From contig NIVC01003354.1 in assembly GCA_002269645.1 (NCBI GenBank), positions 38,634-102,633 on the forward strand: a DNA stretch of 64,000 nucleotides. Direction: 5' to 3'. Shown piece after piece: positions 62,680 through 64,000 of the stretch (within the stretch, counting starts at the first letter, position 1; each line of letters begins with the position of its first letter). This DNA is from Macrostomum lignano (taxonomy: Eukaryota). Below the pieces are notes generated by a model. It was not told where the DNA came from. It ran no database searches and saw nothing but the letters and a program-made list of their open reading frames with translations. A program made the position numbers and the translations under genes.

Positions 62680-64000
62680 ATATGTCTGATGTCTGGTTTC
62701 GTGTCTTTAGATCTGTCTGATGTCTGGTTTCGTGTCTTTATGATATGCCTGATGTCTGTTTTCGTGTCTTTAGATCTGCCTGATGTCTGGTTTCGTGTCT
62801 TTATGATATGCCTGATGTCTGGTTTCGTGTCTTTATGATATGCCTGATGTCTGTTTCGTGTCTTTAGATCTGCCTGATGTCTGGTTTCGTGTCTTTTGAT
62901 ATGCCTGATGTCTGGTTTCGTGTCTTTAGATCTGCCTGATGTCTGGTTTCGTGTCTTTATGATATGCCTGATGTCTGGTTTCGTGTCTTTATGATATGTC
63001 TGATGTCTGGTTTCGTGTCTTTAGATCTGCCTGATGTCTGGTTTCGTGTCTTTATGATATGCCTGATGTCTGGTTTTCGTGTCTTTAGATCTGCCTGATG
63101 TCTGGTTTCGTGTCTTTATGATATGCCTGATGTCTGGTTTTCGTGTCTTTATGATATGCCTGATGTCTGGTTTCGTGTCTTTATGATATGCTGATGTCTG
63201 GTTTCGTGTCTTTATGATATGCTGATGTCTGGTTTCGTGTCTTTATGATATGCCTGATGTCTGGTTTCGTGTCTTTATGATATGCCTGATGTCTGGTTTT
63301 CGTGTCTTTATGATATGCCTGATGTCTGTTTCGTGTCTTTATGATATGCTGATGTCTGGTTTCGTGTCTTTATGATATGCCTGATGTCTGGTTTCGTGTC
63401 TTTATGATATGCCTGATGTCTGGTTTCGTGTCTTTAGATCTGCCTGATGTCTGTTTTCGTGTCTTTATGATATGCCTGATGTCTGGTTTCGTGTCTTTAT
63501 GATATGCCTGATGTCTGTTTCGTGTCTTTATGATTATGCCTGATGTCTGGTTTCGTGTCTTTATGATATGCCTGATGTCTGTTTTTCGTGTCTTTAGATC
63601 TGCCTGATGTCTGGTTTTCGTGTCTTTATGATATGTCTGATGTCTGGTTTCGTGTCTTTAGATCTGTCTGATGTCTGGTTTCGTGTCTTTATGATATGTC
63701 TGATGTCTGGTTTCGTGTCTTTATGATATGCCTGATGTCTGGTTTCGTGTCTTTAGATCTGCCTGATGTCTGGTTTCGTGTCTTTATGATATGCCTGATG
63801 TCTGGTTTCGTGTCTTTATGATATGCCTGATGTCTGGTTTCGTGTCTTTATGATATGCCTGATGTCTGGTTTCGTGTCTTTATGATATGCCTGATGTCTG
63901 GTTTCGTGTCTTTATGATATGCCTGATGTCTGGTTTCGTGTCTTTATGATATGCCTGATGTCTGGTTTCGTGTCTTTATGATATGCCTGATGTCTGTTTT
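62680..64000. repeat. Minisatellite, 32 bp (atgtctggtttcgtgtctttatgatatgcctg), running off the window end
   Basis: More than 40 copies upstream of the nAChR start codon. Confidence 0.97.

Overview
Eukaryotic (metazoan, intron-containing) genomic DNA extremely rich in tandem repeats. A lophotrochozoan source such as a Macrostomum-like flatworm is inferred from the receptor type, the TTAGGG-type repeat and the repeat landscape. Two spliced minus-strand genes can be built with canonical GT-AG junctions and matching phases. The first is a 3-exon, intact 191-aa neuronal calcium sensor most similar to nematode NCS-2 (22423-27730). The second is a 7-exon nicotinic acetylcholine receptor alpha-type subunit (47440-62303). 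It has the vicinal-Cys loop C and a Pro-Ala-Lys motif before M2 that marks anion-selective nAChRs, and it carries three apparent frameshifts. Between the two genes lies a ~10 kb 34-bp satellite with higher-order structure. The left third holds decayed RTE and piggyBac remnants and a strongly CpG-depleted block. It also holds the most notable item: a hAT (Charlie-like) element with TIRs and an 8-bp TSD (15319-17982) enclosing an intronless ORF for a signal-peptide-bearing His/Asp-rich peptide. Four co-oriented tRNA-derived CORE-like SINEs and more than 20 different locus-private minisatellites, many abutting splice sites, are also present. Most long ORFs in the supplied track are artefacts of repeats.
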